Shown here: one piece after another, positions 10,522 through 20,287 of the stretch
How positions within the stretch are numbered: position 1 is the stretch's first letter
Layout of the letters: each line of letters begins with the position of its first letter
Assembly (NCBI GenBank): GCA_001821395.1
Contig: MHLM01000012.1
Location: 64,001-128,000, forward strand
DNA from: Candidatus Lloydbacteria bacterium RIFCSPHIGHO2_02_FULL_50_18
GTDB lineage: Bacteria > Patescibacteriota > Minisyncoccia > Phycocordibacterales > UBA6899
Reading direction: 5' to 3'
Length of the DNA stretch: 64,000 bases
Notes under the pieces: generated by a model
What the model was told of the DNA's origin: nothing
The model's database searches: none
What the model saw: the letters and a program-made list of their open reading frames with translations, nothing else
Program-made: the position numbers and the translations under genes

Positions 10522-12093
10522 TTGGGTAATATTTTTTTTGTGCCGCCATTAAAAGCATTTTTTCAATATCCGCTCATTGCCCTCCTTGTCGGAGTGGGTA
10601 TCGCACCGCTGTTCTCAGCATCTCGACCCCTTATTATCTTTTTACTCCTTCTTTCCGTTTCACTATTGCTGCTCGCGCTTGTTTATCGGCGCAAGGAATT
10701 TCTCTATGTGGTCATTCTCCTCTTATTCGCATTACTCGGTATATTGCGCTATGTGTTTTGGAGAGAGGCGCCCCTCGATCCACTTGTTGAGACAGCGATC
10801 GGAAGTGTGGTTGAGATTAACGGTATGGTCGATGATGAACCTGACATTCGAGAGGGCAGTACGAATCTTCTCGTTTCCATGCGCACGCTTCACCTCACCG
10901 CTACTTCCTCCCTAGTATATGGCCGACTGCAGGTTTCCGTAGCTCGTTATCCCGAGTATCGCTATGGCGACCTGGTCCGCATTAAGGGGAAACTCATGCG
11001 ACCTGAAAAATTCGTTAAAGACGACGGTCGCGTTTTTGATTACCCGTCATATCTCGCGGTAAAAGGTGTTCATTATCAGGTCCCTTTTTCTGTCGTCACT
11101 CGGGAGGATCGTAATGAAGGAAATACAATACTCGGAATGCTTTTTACGATGAAGCATGAGTTTCTCGGGGTATTAAGCACGCTTTTTCCGGAGCCGCACA
11201 ATGCGTTACTTGGAGGGTTGCTCCTTGGGGGGAAGCAGTCGCTGGGTGATGCTTGGCAAGATGTTTTTCGCAGGGCCGGAATTGTGCACGTCGTAGTCCT
11301 CTCCGGGTACAACATGACCATTGTTTCGGAATGGCTGGTGAAGCTGTCTAGTTTTATGGGTTTTTATGGAAGCTTGTCTGTCGGCGGAGTTGGTATCATA
11401 TTGTTTGCGCTCATGGCCGGCGCCGGTGCAACGGTGCTCCGGGCGGCAACCATGGCACTCATTGCGCTCTTGGCGCGTGCAACGGGGCGAACGTATACAA
11501 TGGGTCGCGCACTCCTTATCGCGGGCGTGTGTATGGTCCTGCAAAATCCGAGCATCCTTGTTTCCGATCCCTCTTTTCAGCTTTCATTCCTCGCTTCCCT
11601 CGGCCTTATCTTTGTCACTCCGGTGCTTGAAGCGCGCACGAGACTTTTTGTGCGCTTCCCTGTTTGGCGAGAAATTTTTCTTTCAACCCTTGCGACACAG
11701 ATTATGGTATTGCCGTTGCTACTGTCGCAGACGGGGATGCTTTCCCTCGTCGCCCTTCCGGTCAACATGCTGGTACTTCCCATCATTCCGCTTACGATGT
11801 TATTCGGCTTCCTCGCCGGTGTCATCACGGTCATCGTTCCATCAATCGGGTTCATCGCCGCGATTCCCGCCCATGTATTATTGGCGTGGATCCTTTCCGT
11901 GGCCTCATCCGCGGTGCGCATTCCCTATGCTTCGGTCTCACTCACTCTTTCCTCCGGCGTCATGCTTGCTGTCTATCTGCTGCTTACGTTGTTTCTTTGG
12001 CGTGCACATGCTTCTTTTCTTCGGGTAGATCGAGCAGTAATTCCGCAGTCACCTCTTTTGAGTTTAGCAAACGATAAAAAAGAAAAAGAATGA
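10522..12093 (+). CDS. comEC: ComEC/Rec2-family competence membrane channel (no beta-lactamase domain)
   Basis: Many TM segments; FRRAGIVHVVVLSGYNMTIV matches the ComEC competence-domain core (FR.G..HLLAISGLH); 523 aa. Confidence 0.7.
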   Translation: MGNIFFVPPLKAFFQYPLIALLVGVGIAPLFSASRPLIIFLLLLSVSLLLLALVYRRKEFLYVVILLLFALLGILRYVFWREAPLDPLVETAIGSVVEINGMVDDEPDIREGSTNLLVSMRTLHLTATSSLVYGRLQVSVARYPEYRYGDLVRIKGKLMRPEKFVKDDGRVFDYPSYLAVKGVHYQVPFSVVTREDRNEGNTILGMLFTMKHEFLGVLSTLFPEPHNALLGGLLLGGKQSLGDAWQDVFRRAGIVHVVVLSGYNMTIVSEWLVKLSSFMGFYGSLSVGGVGIILFALMAGAGATVLRAATMALIALLARATGRTYTMGRALLIAGVCMVLQNPSILVSDPSFQLSFLASLGLIFVTPVLEARTRLFVRFPVWREIFLSTLATQIMVLPLLLSQTGMLSLVALPVNMLVLPIIPLTMLFGFLAGVITVIVPSIGFIAAIPAHVLLAWILSVASSAVRIPYASVSLTLSSGVMLAVYLLLTLFLWRAHASFLRVDRAVIPQSPLLSLANDKKEKE

Positions 12094-12610
12094 CAAAGGC
12101 AACGAGTGCGAGGATGACCCCGTACGACTTCCACACTTCCGTGCTTTTGCCGAAGAAATATCCGATGCTGATGAACATGAGCGACCAGATCCATGAAGAG
12201 AGGAGCATGAGGGATGCAAATACTCCGCGATGGACACGTCCGAGGGCCGCGGGAATAGGGACAAACACCTTAATAGCCGGGAGGAGTTTTCCTATAAAAA
12301 GGAACCAAAGACCTTTTTTCCTGAACACGATCTCTACTCTTTTAATATCCGCTTTTCGAAACATGCCGAATTTTTCCACATAGTGCAGTCCGCGTGCGCG
12401 GACGATCTCGTAGAGCAATATGTTTCCCACTGTGTTTCCCAGTGCACCGATGATCGATGCTGGAATGATCCCCAGATAGCCCGTACTCACAAAATAGCCC
12501 ACCAAGATATAGAGAATTTGGCTTGAGGGAAAGGAAAGTGCTCCGTTCGTCACCATGAGTCCGAAGATGCCCAAATAACTAAAACCGATGATTATTGCTT
12601 CGGTGTTCAT
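11984..12610 (-). CDS. DedA/SNARE-associated (VTT domain) membrane protein
   Basis: TM-rich 208 aa with DedA-like organisation; start taken at MNTEAIIIGF; about 110-nt convergent overlap with comEC 3' end. Confidence 0.65.
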   Translation of the reverse strand: MNTEAIIIGFSYLGIFGLMVTNGALSFPSSQILYILVGYFVSTGYLGIIPASIIGALGNTVGNILLYEIVRARGLHYVEKFGMFRKADIKRVEIVFRKKGLWFLFIGKLLPAIKVFVPIPAALGRVHRGVFASLMLLSSWIWSLMFISIGYFFGKSTEVWKSYGVILALVAFVILFLFYRLLNSKEVTAELLLDLPEEKKHVHAKETT

Positions 12611-12763
12611 TGGGACATTATAACCTAGTGTAGACACGATTGTTCTTTCAAGGACTTTACATATTATAATTAATATGTTCTGGTGTGAAACTACTTGTCA
12701 GTCACTCGCTGCTCCTTATGATGAAAGTAGTAATAGTTTTTTGTCAATTTCAAGGAGACCGAT

Positions 12764-13438
12764 ATGGCTACTCAGAAATCTGGTAATACGGAATACTTAC
12801 TCTTGCTTCGGACATTCATTGTGCATGCAGTAGGTATCATGCTCATGTTCTTTAGCTACAAGATGGGTTGGCTGCAGAAGGTTATCTCAACCGACACGCT
12901 GTATATCTCTCGCGTGATCATCTTGCTTGGTGTGTTCACACTCGTGATGGGCACTATCAAAGTATGGACTTTTACCAAAGAGCTCAATGTTGCTAGAGAT
13001 GCGACGAAGCGTTTTCGTAGCGGCGGGAAAAGGGCGGTACTCGACCTGCTTTCCGGAAGCAACTCGCGCACTGAAGAATTCGTTAAGCTCAGCATTGATG
13101 CAGGCGCAGAAAATCGTAGCGGTGTAGTGCGTGCATATGTGATGAAACTTGAGCGTAAGGCATCGTCGCTTGATCACTTTCTTGAGATATTGCCCATGCT
13201 CGGACTATTCGGCACGGTCGTTGGTATCATTTCCGCATTCGGCGCACTTGACCCATTGGCACTCGATAAAAGCGGACCCTTGGCGCTCCCGGGATTTATG
13301 ATCGCGCTTATCACGACGGCGGTCGGCATCTGCTTCACCGTGTGGTTCATCTTCATCAGAATGCTGATCGGTGACGGTGTGGGGCAGCTCACTGAAACAC
13401 TGCTCGCGCTTCCTCTCGAGGGAGAAAAAGATGAATGA
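12764..13438 (+). CDS. MotA/TolQ/ExbB-family proton-channel protein
   Basis: LPMLGLFGTVVGIISAF signature; 3 TM; 224 aa. Confidence 0.8.
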   Translation: MATQKSGNTEYLLLLRTFIVHAVGIMLMFFSYKMGWLQKVISTDTLYISRVIILLGVFTLVMGTIKVWTFTKELNVARDATKRFRSGGKRAVLDLLSGSNSRTEEFVKLSIDAGAENRSGVVRAYVMKLERKASSLDHFLEILPMLGLFGTVVGIISAFGALDPLALDKSGPLALPGFMIALITTAVGICFTVWFIFIRMLIGDGVGQLTETLLALPLEGEKDE

Positions 13439-14051
13439 TTTCAAGTTAAGGATCTCCCGTGCATCAAAGACGATCTTGGGCGATGTTGTCTTCAATATGC
13501 TCATGGTCTTTGCACTGCTGTTCATCGTCCTTCCGCATAGTCCCAAAAAGGAAGAATCGAAGAACGAGGCGGTGAAATCCGCAGGCGACATGATGGTCGA
13601 GATCCATTGGCCGGATAAGGTCGATATCGATATCGATCTCTGGACCAAGTCTCCTGACGATGATCGTCCTGTCGGGTACTCGAATCGTGCAGGGAAGACA
13701 TTCAATCTGTTGCGTGACGATCTGGGGGGGTCAAACGATTCCACTGATCGTAATTTTGAGATGGCATATACGCGCGGACTACCCGCCGGTGAATACATCA
13801 TCAATATCCACTATTTCGTTAACCGTGAACCAGGTTCACCCGGTGATGTACCCGTGGATGTCGTCATCAGTACGAAGGCGGGTGACTCCGGCGGAATGAA
13901 GCAGATCATTACGCGAAGGGCAACGTTGCGCGTTTTGGGTGAAGAGATCACCGTCGTACGATTTGTCATTCGAGAAAATGGTGAATTCGACGAGCAAAGT
14001 GTCAATGATTTTTTTCAGGAGCTACGAGCATGGGTACTACCACCACAATAA
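13431..14051 (+). CDS. ExbD/TolR-like single-TM partner protein (divergent C-terminal domain)
   Basis: N-terminal TM GDVVFNMLMVFALLFIVL as in ExbD/TolR; ATGAATGA overlap with upstream MotA/ExbB gene. Confidence 0.55.
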   Translation: MNDFKLRISRASKTILGDVVFNMLMVFALLFIVLPHSPKKEESKNEAVKSAGDMMVEIHWPDKVDIDIDLWTKSPDDDRPVGYSNRAGKTFNLLRDDLGGSNDSTDRNFEMAYTRGLPAGEYIINIHYFVNREPGSPGDVPVDVVISTKAGDSGGMKQIITRRATLRVLGEEITVVRFVIRENGEFDEQSVNDFFQELRAWVLPPQ

Positions 14052-14650
14052 CGCTTTACGCGGTGCTCGTCGCACTCCTTGGATTTGCGTTGGCTTCCGT
14101 CGCGATCTGGTCTCGGCGAGAACTCCGTATGCGTCTGTTCGCCGTCCTGCTTGCGATCGTGGCGGCTCCGGTCTTCTGGTTCGCCTTTTCGCAGTTGCCG
14201 GGGAAACCCGACAGCATAAGCGCCGAGGAATTTCGTGAGCACTATCGGTGCGCGAGAATCACTCCGGTGAAGATCATCGAACGTGTCGGCATCTTTATCC
14301 TTGCTGAAAAGATTCGCACAAAAGAACCCGAGTACCTTTTTGTTCTCTGGAACATGAGACTCGCGTCATCGCTTCAAAAAAGCATGCGTGTCGCAAAGTT
14401 GAATGGCGCCGGTTCGATCATCTACGGCTCTGCATCATGTCAGAATGATGACGAAGAAGGCGGTGGCAACGGTAAGGGAAAGAAAAAGAATGGCAAGAAA
14501 GGGAAACCCAGAATGCAACAGCCCGGAAGTTCCGGACAAGAGCAAGATGGTGGAGACGGTTTCACGTTCTATCCTGACCCCGTTCCTCCCATGCCGGAGA
14601 AGAATTACGGACCACTCTATGAAGGTCCGATCGCGATGCCGGAACGATAA
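14030..14650 (+). CDS. membrane protein with Gly/Lys-rich and Pro-rich C-terminus (third gene of MotA/ExbB cluster)
   Basis: Two N-terminal TM helices; overlaps upstream gene; followed by strong terminator. Confidence 0.45.
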   Translation: MGTTTTITLYAVLVALLGFALASVAIWSRRELRMRLFAVLLAIVAAPVFWFAFSQLPGKPDSISAEEFREHYRCARITPVKIIERVGIFILAEKIRTKEPEYLFVLWNMRLASSLQKSMRVAKLNGAGSIIYGSASCQNDDEEGGGNGKGKKKNGKKGKPRMQQPGSSGQEQDGGDGFTFYPDPVPPMPEKNYGPLYEGPIAMPER

Positions 14651-14666
14651 TAGTACGGCAGAACAA

Positions 14667-14700
14667 GACACCCCCGAATATTCGGGGGTGATTTTTTTTT
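14667..14700 (+). terminator. rho-independent terminator
   Basis: cacccccgaatattcgggggtg hairpin followed by T9. Confidence 0.8.
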
Positions 14701-14719
14701 ATATACTGATCATCGTTGA

Positions 14720-15610
14720 TCATTTTTTTCCGCAAGCAGGAACGCTTTGGGAATTTTGCTGCAAATACTCTGAGGGATTGGCGTAAGACATTTGCGTCGG
14801 AACGCCTCTCATCATGATGATCGCCACAACTTGCCCGACAACAGCACCGGTTGCGACCGACACGAGCGGTCCGCCGGAGTTTCCTGGAAGGATCGGCGCG
14901 GTGAACTGGATCTTCGGTGCCCCCTTTTTGCCCGTTTCTTTGTCTTGTGGAACAAAGTCGAGATTGCTGATGAAGCCCGGAGTCATGAAATTCATGTTGC
15001 CAAGCGGCGAGCCAATCGTGAGCACCTCTGCTCCCTCGCGGTAGCTTCCCGGTGCAGCGATCTTCAAATGGGGGAGCGATCCGCCGGGGTGCTCGACGCA
15101 CATGACCGCGATATCGTTTTCTTTGTCCAGCTTGACTAGCTTTGCTCTGAAGACTTTTGTGAACGATTGATTGACCAAGAGACAGAATGTGTCTTTTTTG
15201 CCTTCTTCCCGAAGCGCTGCTTCTTTTTGGCGTCCGACTTCTTTATCCACGGCTTCCTGACTTTTGGGTTCTTCGTTGCTGTTGCCTGTGCAGAAATTTG
15301 TGCCTTCGACGACGTGCACGTTCGTCAGTATGAGGCCGTCTGCGCGCACGGCAAATGCGGAGCCATTAGCGGTTTCAGCATGCATGGCATCAAGAAATGT
15401 GGCATCCCGAAGTTTCTCGACGTCGTCGGTATCCGGAAAGACACTGTAACTTGCGGCACGAGTCTGGACAATGACCTTGTGTCGCTGCATGTCAGCAAGC
15501 ATGATCGCATTTGTTTTTACCATTGATGTTCCGACGCCGTTGTCGTTACATCCGGAAAGACCGCTAAATGCGGCGGTGAGCAAGAGAAGTGCGGTACGAG
15601 CAATCATCAT
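14720..15610 (-). CDS. trypsin-like serine protease (S1 family), lipoprotein
   Basis: GNSGGPL catalytic Ser, TNVHVV His, DIAVM Asp; N-terminal LSGC lipobox; no PDZ domain. Confidence 0.8.
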   Translation of the reverse strand: MMIARTALLLLTAAFSGLSGCNDNGVGTSMVKTNAIMLADMQRHKVIVQTRAASYSVFPDTDDVEKLRDATFLDAMHAETANGSAFAVRADGLILTNVHVVEGTNFCTGNSNEEPKSQEAVDKEVGRQKEAALREEGKKDTFCLLVNQSFTKVFRAKLVKLDKENDIAVMCVEHPGGSLPHLKIAAPGSYREGAEVLTIGSPLGNMNFMTPGFISNLDFVPQDKETGKKGAPKIQFTAPILPGNSGGPLVSVATGAVVGQVVAIIMMRGVPTQMSYANPSEYLQQNSQSVPACGKK

Positions 15611-15857
15611 TGTTCTCCTCGTGTGAAATGAACTCTATTATCAGACTAGCGAGTGAGCGTATTCTGTCAATGATATTTTGTTATTTTGATGTTTAAGACC
15701 ATAGAAGTGCCTATTGCGGTCAATTGAATAAGTAACAATGAACTGTTACCTGAAACAGTATTGTCCAGCAGCGTTTTCGTTGAGTGTCAACAGTGCATCG
15801 CCATCAGACCCGCGGTAGTCTCAGTAGAGGATGATCTTTGATGGGGGGTGTACTGTA

Positions 15858-17036
15858 ATGAAATTGCCACTTAATCGACCAAAGGATTTGCAAAAAAGGG
15901 ACGAATGCCCAATGTCCGCAGAAGAATCGGAGGCACTCAATAAGCCACTTACGCAAGCCATTGTAGTTGAGGTTGTTGAGATGCTTGTCGCGAGGGCTGA
16001 CCGAAGAGAGCTTGCGCTCAGGCGCGAAAAACGTCGTTCCACAATTTGGAAGTGGGGCACATTTCTTTTTATGTGTACTCTTGCCCCGCTTATTTTTTGG
16101 GGTTGGTTTGGACAAGATTCATCAGAGCCGGTTCAAGTGATCTCAGATCCGATCCGTACGATTGCGCTTACTGGTAAGGGAGGGATTGCTCATGTCGCCT
16201 TTATCCCAATCAGCGGAAGTATCGACGGAGACAGGCACGGTGCTCCGGGTCTTGAAAACACCGAGTGGTATGTGGAAAATGCGCTCAAGCTTGCGGAGAA
16301 GCAAGAGAATATTTCTGCGATCATTTTGAATATCACCTCATATGGGGGTGATGCAGTCGCGAGCGCTCATGGGTATCGCATGATCAAGAAATTTCGTGAG
16401 CGGACAAAAATTCCGGTCATCGCTTTTATTTCGCACTATGCGTATTCCGGTGGGTACTATCTTGCGCTGGGTGCGAATGAGATTGTCGTTGATCCTGATG
16501 CAAATATCGGAAGTGTCGGCGTCATTATGTCGTGGTTCAACACTGCATCGATCGGTAAAGTATTTGATGTAGGAGAGGTCAAGATCGCGACAGGCCCGCT
16601 CAAGTCTTGTATCGGACAGTGGGTTGAATTGACTCCTGCATGCCGTGCGGGATTTGCCCGGAGTATTGACGTGGCATTTAAGGGATTTCTTGGTGCGATG
16701 TCTGATTCACGTGATATTCCTCTCTCTACATTGATCAAGGAGTCACGCTCGAATACCGGTCGCTCAAATGGTGGAACGTTTGCAGCAGAGGATGCAGTTG
16801 CACGGAAGATGGCTGATCGCGTCGAGGACGAAGACCAGCTTGAGGAAAGAATTGCTGCCGATATTGCAAAAAAACATCCGGAATTCAAGAGCGTTGAATT
16901 TATTCAGTACGACATGAAGCTTAGCGTGCTTGCCGAATTGTCAGGCGCCACGAAGAAATCGATTCAAGGCGTGTCGCGCTTCATGGATGCGCTCTCCTCC
17001 ATGGTTAATGCTCGTGCCATGATGCGTGCGGAATAA
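15858..17036 (+). CDS. sppA: signal peptide peptidase SppA (S49, 36K type)
   Basis: ITSYGGDAVAS and AYSGGYYLALGANEIV motifs; N-terminal TM. Confidence 0.8.
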   Translation: MKLPLNRPKDLQKRDECPMSAEESEALNKPLTQAIVVEVVEMLVARADRRELALRREKRRSTIWKWGTFLFMCTLAPLIFWGWFGQDSSEPVQVISDPIRTIALTGKGGIAHVAFIPISGSIDGDRHGAPGLENTEWYVENALKLAEKQENISAIILNITSYGGDAVASAHGYRMIKKFRERTKIPVIAFISHYAYSGGYYLALGANEIVVDPDANIGSVGVIMSWFNTASIGKVFDVGEVKIATGPLKSCIGQWVELTPACRAGFARSIDVAFKGFLGAMSDSRDIPLSTLIKESRSNTGRSNGGTFAAEDAVARKMADRVEDEDQLEERIAADIAKKHPEFKSVEFIQYDMKLSVLAELSGATKKSIQGVSRFMDALSSMVNARAMMRAE

Positions 17037-17038
17037 TA

Positions 17039-17068
17039 TAAAACCGGTACTCGTACCGGTTTTTTTTA
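17039..17068. terminator. bidirectional rho-independent terminator
   Basis: aaaccggtacTCgtaccggttttttttat between convergent sppA and phosphatase genes. Confidence 0.8.
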
Positions 17069-17108
17069 TAAAAAAACACGCACAGGTAGTGCGTGTGTGT
17101 TTGGTACA

Positions 17109-17774
17109 TTACGTAAGATGCGCGGTGTCGTTTAATCTAAGAATGACCCATCCTTCTCCTGTTTCGGAAAAATTGGTCCGCACCTTGTGTGTAAGGATGG
17201 AAAACCCGGTGTTATCGAAACGGAATTGATACGCGTTGAGATCGTGCGATGTGAGGCTCTCCCCGCGCTGTGTTGCCGCAACAAAGAACGTCGCGAATAC
17301 CCCATGTGTGACAAGCGCGATGTGTTCATCAGGAAGCGCGAGGAGATAGGTGATCCCTGCGAGTGCTCGCGCTTTCATCATTGAGAACGTTTCGCCGTCT
17401 CCGTAGATAAAGTCCGGATCATGAAAATGATCACGTCCCTCCATGTGAATAATGGACGCACCGGGGTCAGTTGTCAGTTTCCCCCGGATCACGCTTGGGT
17501 GTCGCCGTTCGACGAAGAGAGGCGAGTGGGTCGGCGCGAGACCGATCGCACCTCCGATCGCTCCGGCAGTTTGCACCGCACGGTCATCGGTGCTGGTGAT
17601 GAGTTTTGTGATCGGATAGCGCATGTGTTCACGTGCGAGTCTTGCCGCAAGTGCTTCCGCTTGTGCTTCACCGCGCTTCGTCAGTGGTTCCGTGTTGTGC
17701 TGGAATCGTCCGTCCACGTTTGAACCTGTTTCTCCATGACGGATGATATACAACGTCTTTTGTTTACTGCTCAT
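17109..17774 (-). CDS. histidine phosphatase family protein (phosphoglycerate mutase-like)
   Basis: IIRHGETGSN N-terminal RHG motif; 221 aa. Confidence 0.8.
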   Translation of the reverse strand: MSSKQKTLYIIRHGETGSNVDGRFQHNTEPLTKRGEAQAEALAARLAREHMRYPITKLITSTDDRAVQTAGAIGGAIGLAPTHSPLFVERRHPSVIRGKLTTDPGASIIHMEGRDHFHDPDFIYGDGETFSMMKARALAGITYLLALPDEHIALVTHGVFATFFVAATQRGESLTSHDLNAYQFRFDNTGFSILTHKVRTNFSETGEGWVILRLNDTAHLT

Positions 17775-18011
17775 GGTACGAGTACCTCCTGTTGGTGCAC
17801 CTCCGCGGGGCAGAGATGAGCGCTACTATGAATGAACCACTGCTAGGACAATAGCCGTTTTATCGAGCCGGTGCAAACAGCAGTGATATTGTGTCTCAAG
17901 ACCCTACGACGAATTCTTCGTGAGTTGGAGTCAGTTGTGGATAGCTGCCCATAGCTCCCTCAGTCCTGATCTTATACACAGATTATACACAGAGTTTTCC
18001 ACAAGATAAAA

Positions 18012-18040
18012 AAGTCCGCACATTGTGCGGACTGAAGTGT
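18012..18040 (-). terminator. rho-independent terminator downstream of prs
   Basis: Minus strand reads agtccgcacaatgtgcggacttttttatc. Confidence 0.7.
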
Positions 18041-18058
18041 CGGTTAAAAGACCGTCTT

Positions 18059-19105
18059 CTATTTTGTCTTTCTTGCTTTTGAGACCCCACTCACGCTGCC
18101 CCTCACGAGTGTCGATTGATGGATCGCATCCGCGAACAGCATGTCGATGGGTAGATGCGTCAGCCAAGTCTTGTTGCGCTCGTAGTACAGAGGATCTCTC
18201 GGAAGTGTTTCCGTAACGATCACTTTCATACCACTTTGCGCGAACTTATCCTCGGCGGCGGATATTCCTGTCACCTTATCGAGTTTTGCACTGAAGATCG
18301 GATGTGTCGCCATCAGTGTTACCGTTGCCGCACCTTTATCGAACAACATTTTTCCGGCCTTGAGTGCGGTACCACCCGTATCGATCATGTCTTCACTTAT
18401 CCAAACATGTTTTCCTTCGACACTCGGACCGGTTCCATATGCCATTCCCTCAACTTCGTTGGCTGAGACGCGATCTTTGTCGATGATGCCGAACGGTATC
18501 GGTTCAGGAAGTCCGATCGCCTCCGCAGCGTTCCGCGCAAAGGCACGGACGCGCTTACCTCCTCCGACATCAGCGGCGATCGCAACGATGTCTTTTGCTT
18601 CCGGGTGCTTTGCGAGGAAATACGGGAGAAATATCTTTTCGCCGAAGAGGTTGTCAAACGGTCCCGGAAAGAATCCCTGTATCTGGTCCGCATGCAGGTC
18701 AAGTGCGAATAATCTTCGCACTCCCTGAAAGGCAAGCAGGTTCGCGAGAAGCGCCGCGGTGATTGGTTCGCGCGGTTTCTTGCGGTCTTGGCGGGCATTG
18801 GCAAAGTATGGAAGCACGTTGCTGACCGAGTCGGCATCAGCACGCCGAAGCGCATCGTTCACCTGAAGCAGCTCCCAGATACCCTTATTGATATCCGGAT
18901 AAAATGAGTGAATGAAGTAGACGTGCGTGTTGCGTATCGACTCGGGGATGAATGCCTTGAATTCGCCGTCTGCGAACTCGTCATAGCGAACAGTGAGCAA
19001 TTTTCCGCAATCAACCCCTCGCGCCTTCAATGACTGATGTATTGGTTCGGCGACATAGGCCATTCTCGGCGAGGTGAGGATCGTGATCGCCTTTGTTTTG
19101 GGCAT
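18059..19105 (-). CDS. prs: ribose-phosphate pyrophosphokinase (PRPP synthetase)
   Basis: DLHADQIQGFF and DMIDTGGT motifs; 348 aa. Confidence 0.9.
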   Translation of the reverse strand: MPKTKAITILTSPRMAYVAEPIHQSLKARGVDCGKLLTVRYDEFADGEFKAFIPESIRNTHVYFIHSFYPDINKGIWELLQVNDALRRADADSVSNVLPYFANARQDRKKPREPITAALLANLLAFQGVRRLFALDLHADQIQGFFPGPFDNLFGEKIFLPYFLAKHPEAKDIVAIAADVGGGKRVRAFARNAAEAIGLPEPIPFGIIDKDRVSANEVEGMAYGTGPSVEGKHVWISEDMIDTGGTALKAGKMLFDKGAATVTLMATHPIFSAKLDKVTGISAAEDKFAQSGMKVIVTETLPRDPLYYERNKTWLTHLPIDMLFADAIHQSTLVRGSVSGVSKARKTK

Positions 19106-19224
19106 GAAAACTCCTTATAGAGAATAGTTGAAAGAACTGACGCTGGAACCATAACACGCATCAGCGATTTTGTGAAGTGAAGCCAATTCTTTACGACATC
19201 CTTCTCCTGACGTAGTCTCATCAA

Positions 19225-20100
19225 ATGGCACAAGGGTCATTTCTTTTTTGGGTGCGGCGTCACCCATTCCTGCTGATCATATTATTGCTCGTACTTCTTG
19301 ATATTGTCTTGATATGCGGTCTTTTTGTGCGCGAACACCCGGTCCTACGCGTTTCTTTTCTTGATGTCGGGCAGGGCGATGCCGTGCTCATAGAAGCTCC
19401 GAACGGAAATCAGTTGCTCTACGATGCCGGCCCTCCATCCGGTGCAGCACTTCGCGCTTTGTCACGCGAGATGTCATTTTTGGATCGTTCCATTGATGTC
19501 GTGGTGTTATCACATCCCGACGCGGATCATATCGGCGGTTTTCCTGAAATATTCAAACGTTATCGGGTCGGAGCAGTCATTGAACCTCATGTTTCTTCAG
19601 CAACGGGTGTCTACGATGCAACGGAGAAGGCGATTGAGAATGAGCGTAGCGCTCACTTCGTTGCGAAGAGGGGGATGCAGATTGAACTCGGCGATGGTGT
19701 CGTTCTCGATATTCTTTATCCCGATGCCGATCTCCCCGGCGCCGATACCAACAGCGCTTCTGTCGTGATGCTTCTGCATTATGGTGCAACGGCCTTTCTC
19801 CTTTCCGGCGATCTCCCGCAGAAAGAAGAAGAGCAGATCGCAAGAGCATTTGGCGAACGATTGCATGCGCAAGTGCTCAAGCTCGGGCATCATGGGTCAC
19901 GGACCTCAACAAGTCCGTATTGGCTCGCAGCCATTGACCCTGAAACAGTCATCATTTCCGCCGGTCTGAACAATCGCTATGGGCATCCGCATAAAGAGGT
20001 ACTGGAGCTGCTTGAAAAAATAAGTATCCCGTATCTTACTACCTTTAAAGAAGGAACCGTTTCATACGAAAGCGATGGCGAAACCGTGTCCAGAGACTAG
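19225..20100 (+). CDS. stand-alone ComEC C-terminal metallo-beta-lactamase domain protein with N-terminal TM anchor
   Basis: VSFLDVGQGDAVLIE...HPDADHIGG...KLGHHGS motifs typical of the ComEC MBL domain; preceded by TM helix. Confidence 0.75.
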   Translation: MAQGSFLFWVRRHPFLLIILLLVLLDIVLICGLFVREHPVLRVSFLDVGQGDAVLIEAPNGNQLLYDAGPPSGAALRALSREMSFLDRSIDVVVLSHPDADHIGGFPEIFKRYRVGAVIEPHVSSATGVYDATEKAIENERSAHFVAKRGMQIELGDGVVLDILYPDADLPGADTNSASVVMLLHYGATAFLLSGDLPQKEEEQIARAFGERLHAQVLKLGHHGSRTSTSPYWLAAIDPETVIISAGLNNRYGHPHKEVLELLEKISIPYLTTFKEGTVSYESDGETVSRD

Positions 20101-20212
20101 CTTAAAAAATACATAGGGCCACCCTATGTATAAAATATAGGTATATTTTTCAACGTTCTCTTGTGTGCTAGGGGCGTCGCCCGCGCAAATCGGTGAGATG
20201 GAGAGAATGGGG

Positions 20213-20245
20213 TTGTGCTATTTATTAAACTGTGATATAATATAT
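20213..20245 (+). promoter_or_regulatory. sigma70-like promoter (TTGTGC-17-TATAAT) with downstream GGAGGTG RBS
   Basis: ttgtgctatttattaaactgtgatataat upstream of ORF 20288. Confidence 0.5.
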
Positions 20246-20287
20246 CCGCGTTTGTTTGTTCTTTAATTTACTTATGGAGGTGCCATC

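Noticed and set aside
11984-12093. 110-nt convergent overlap of comEC and DedA gene as evidence of a hidden feature
   Set aside because: Most simply explained by late stop of comEC or alternative DedA start; kept only as a note under the ComEC finding
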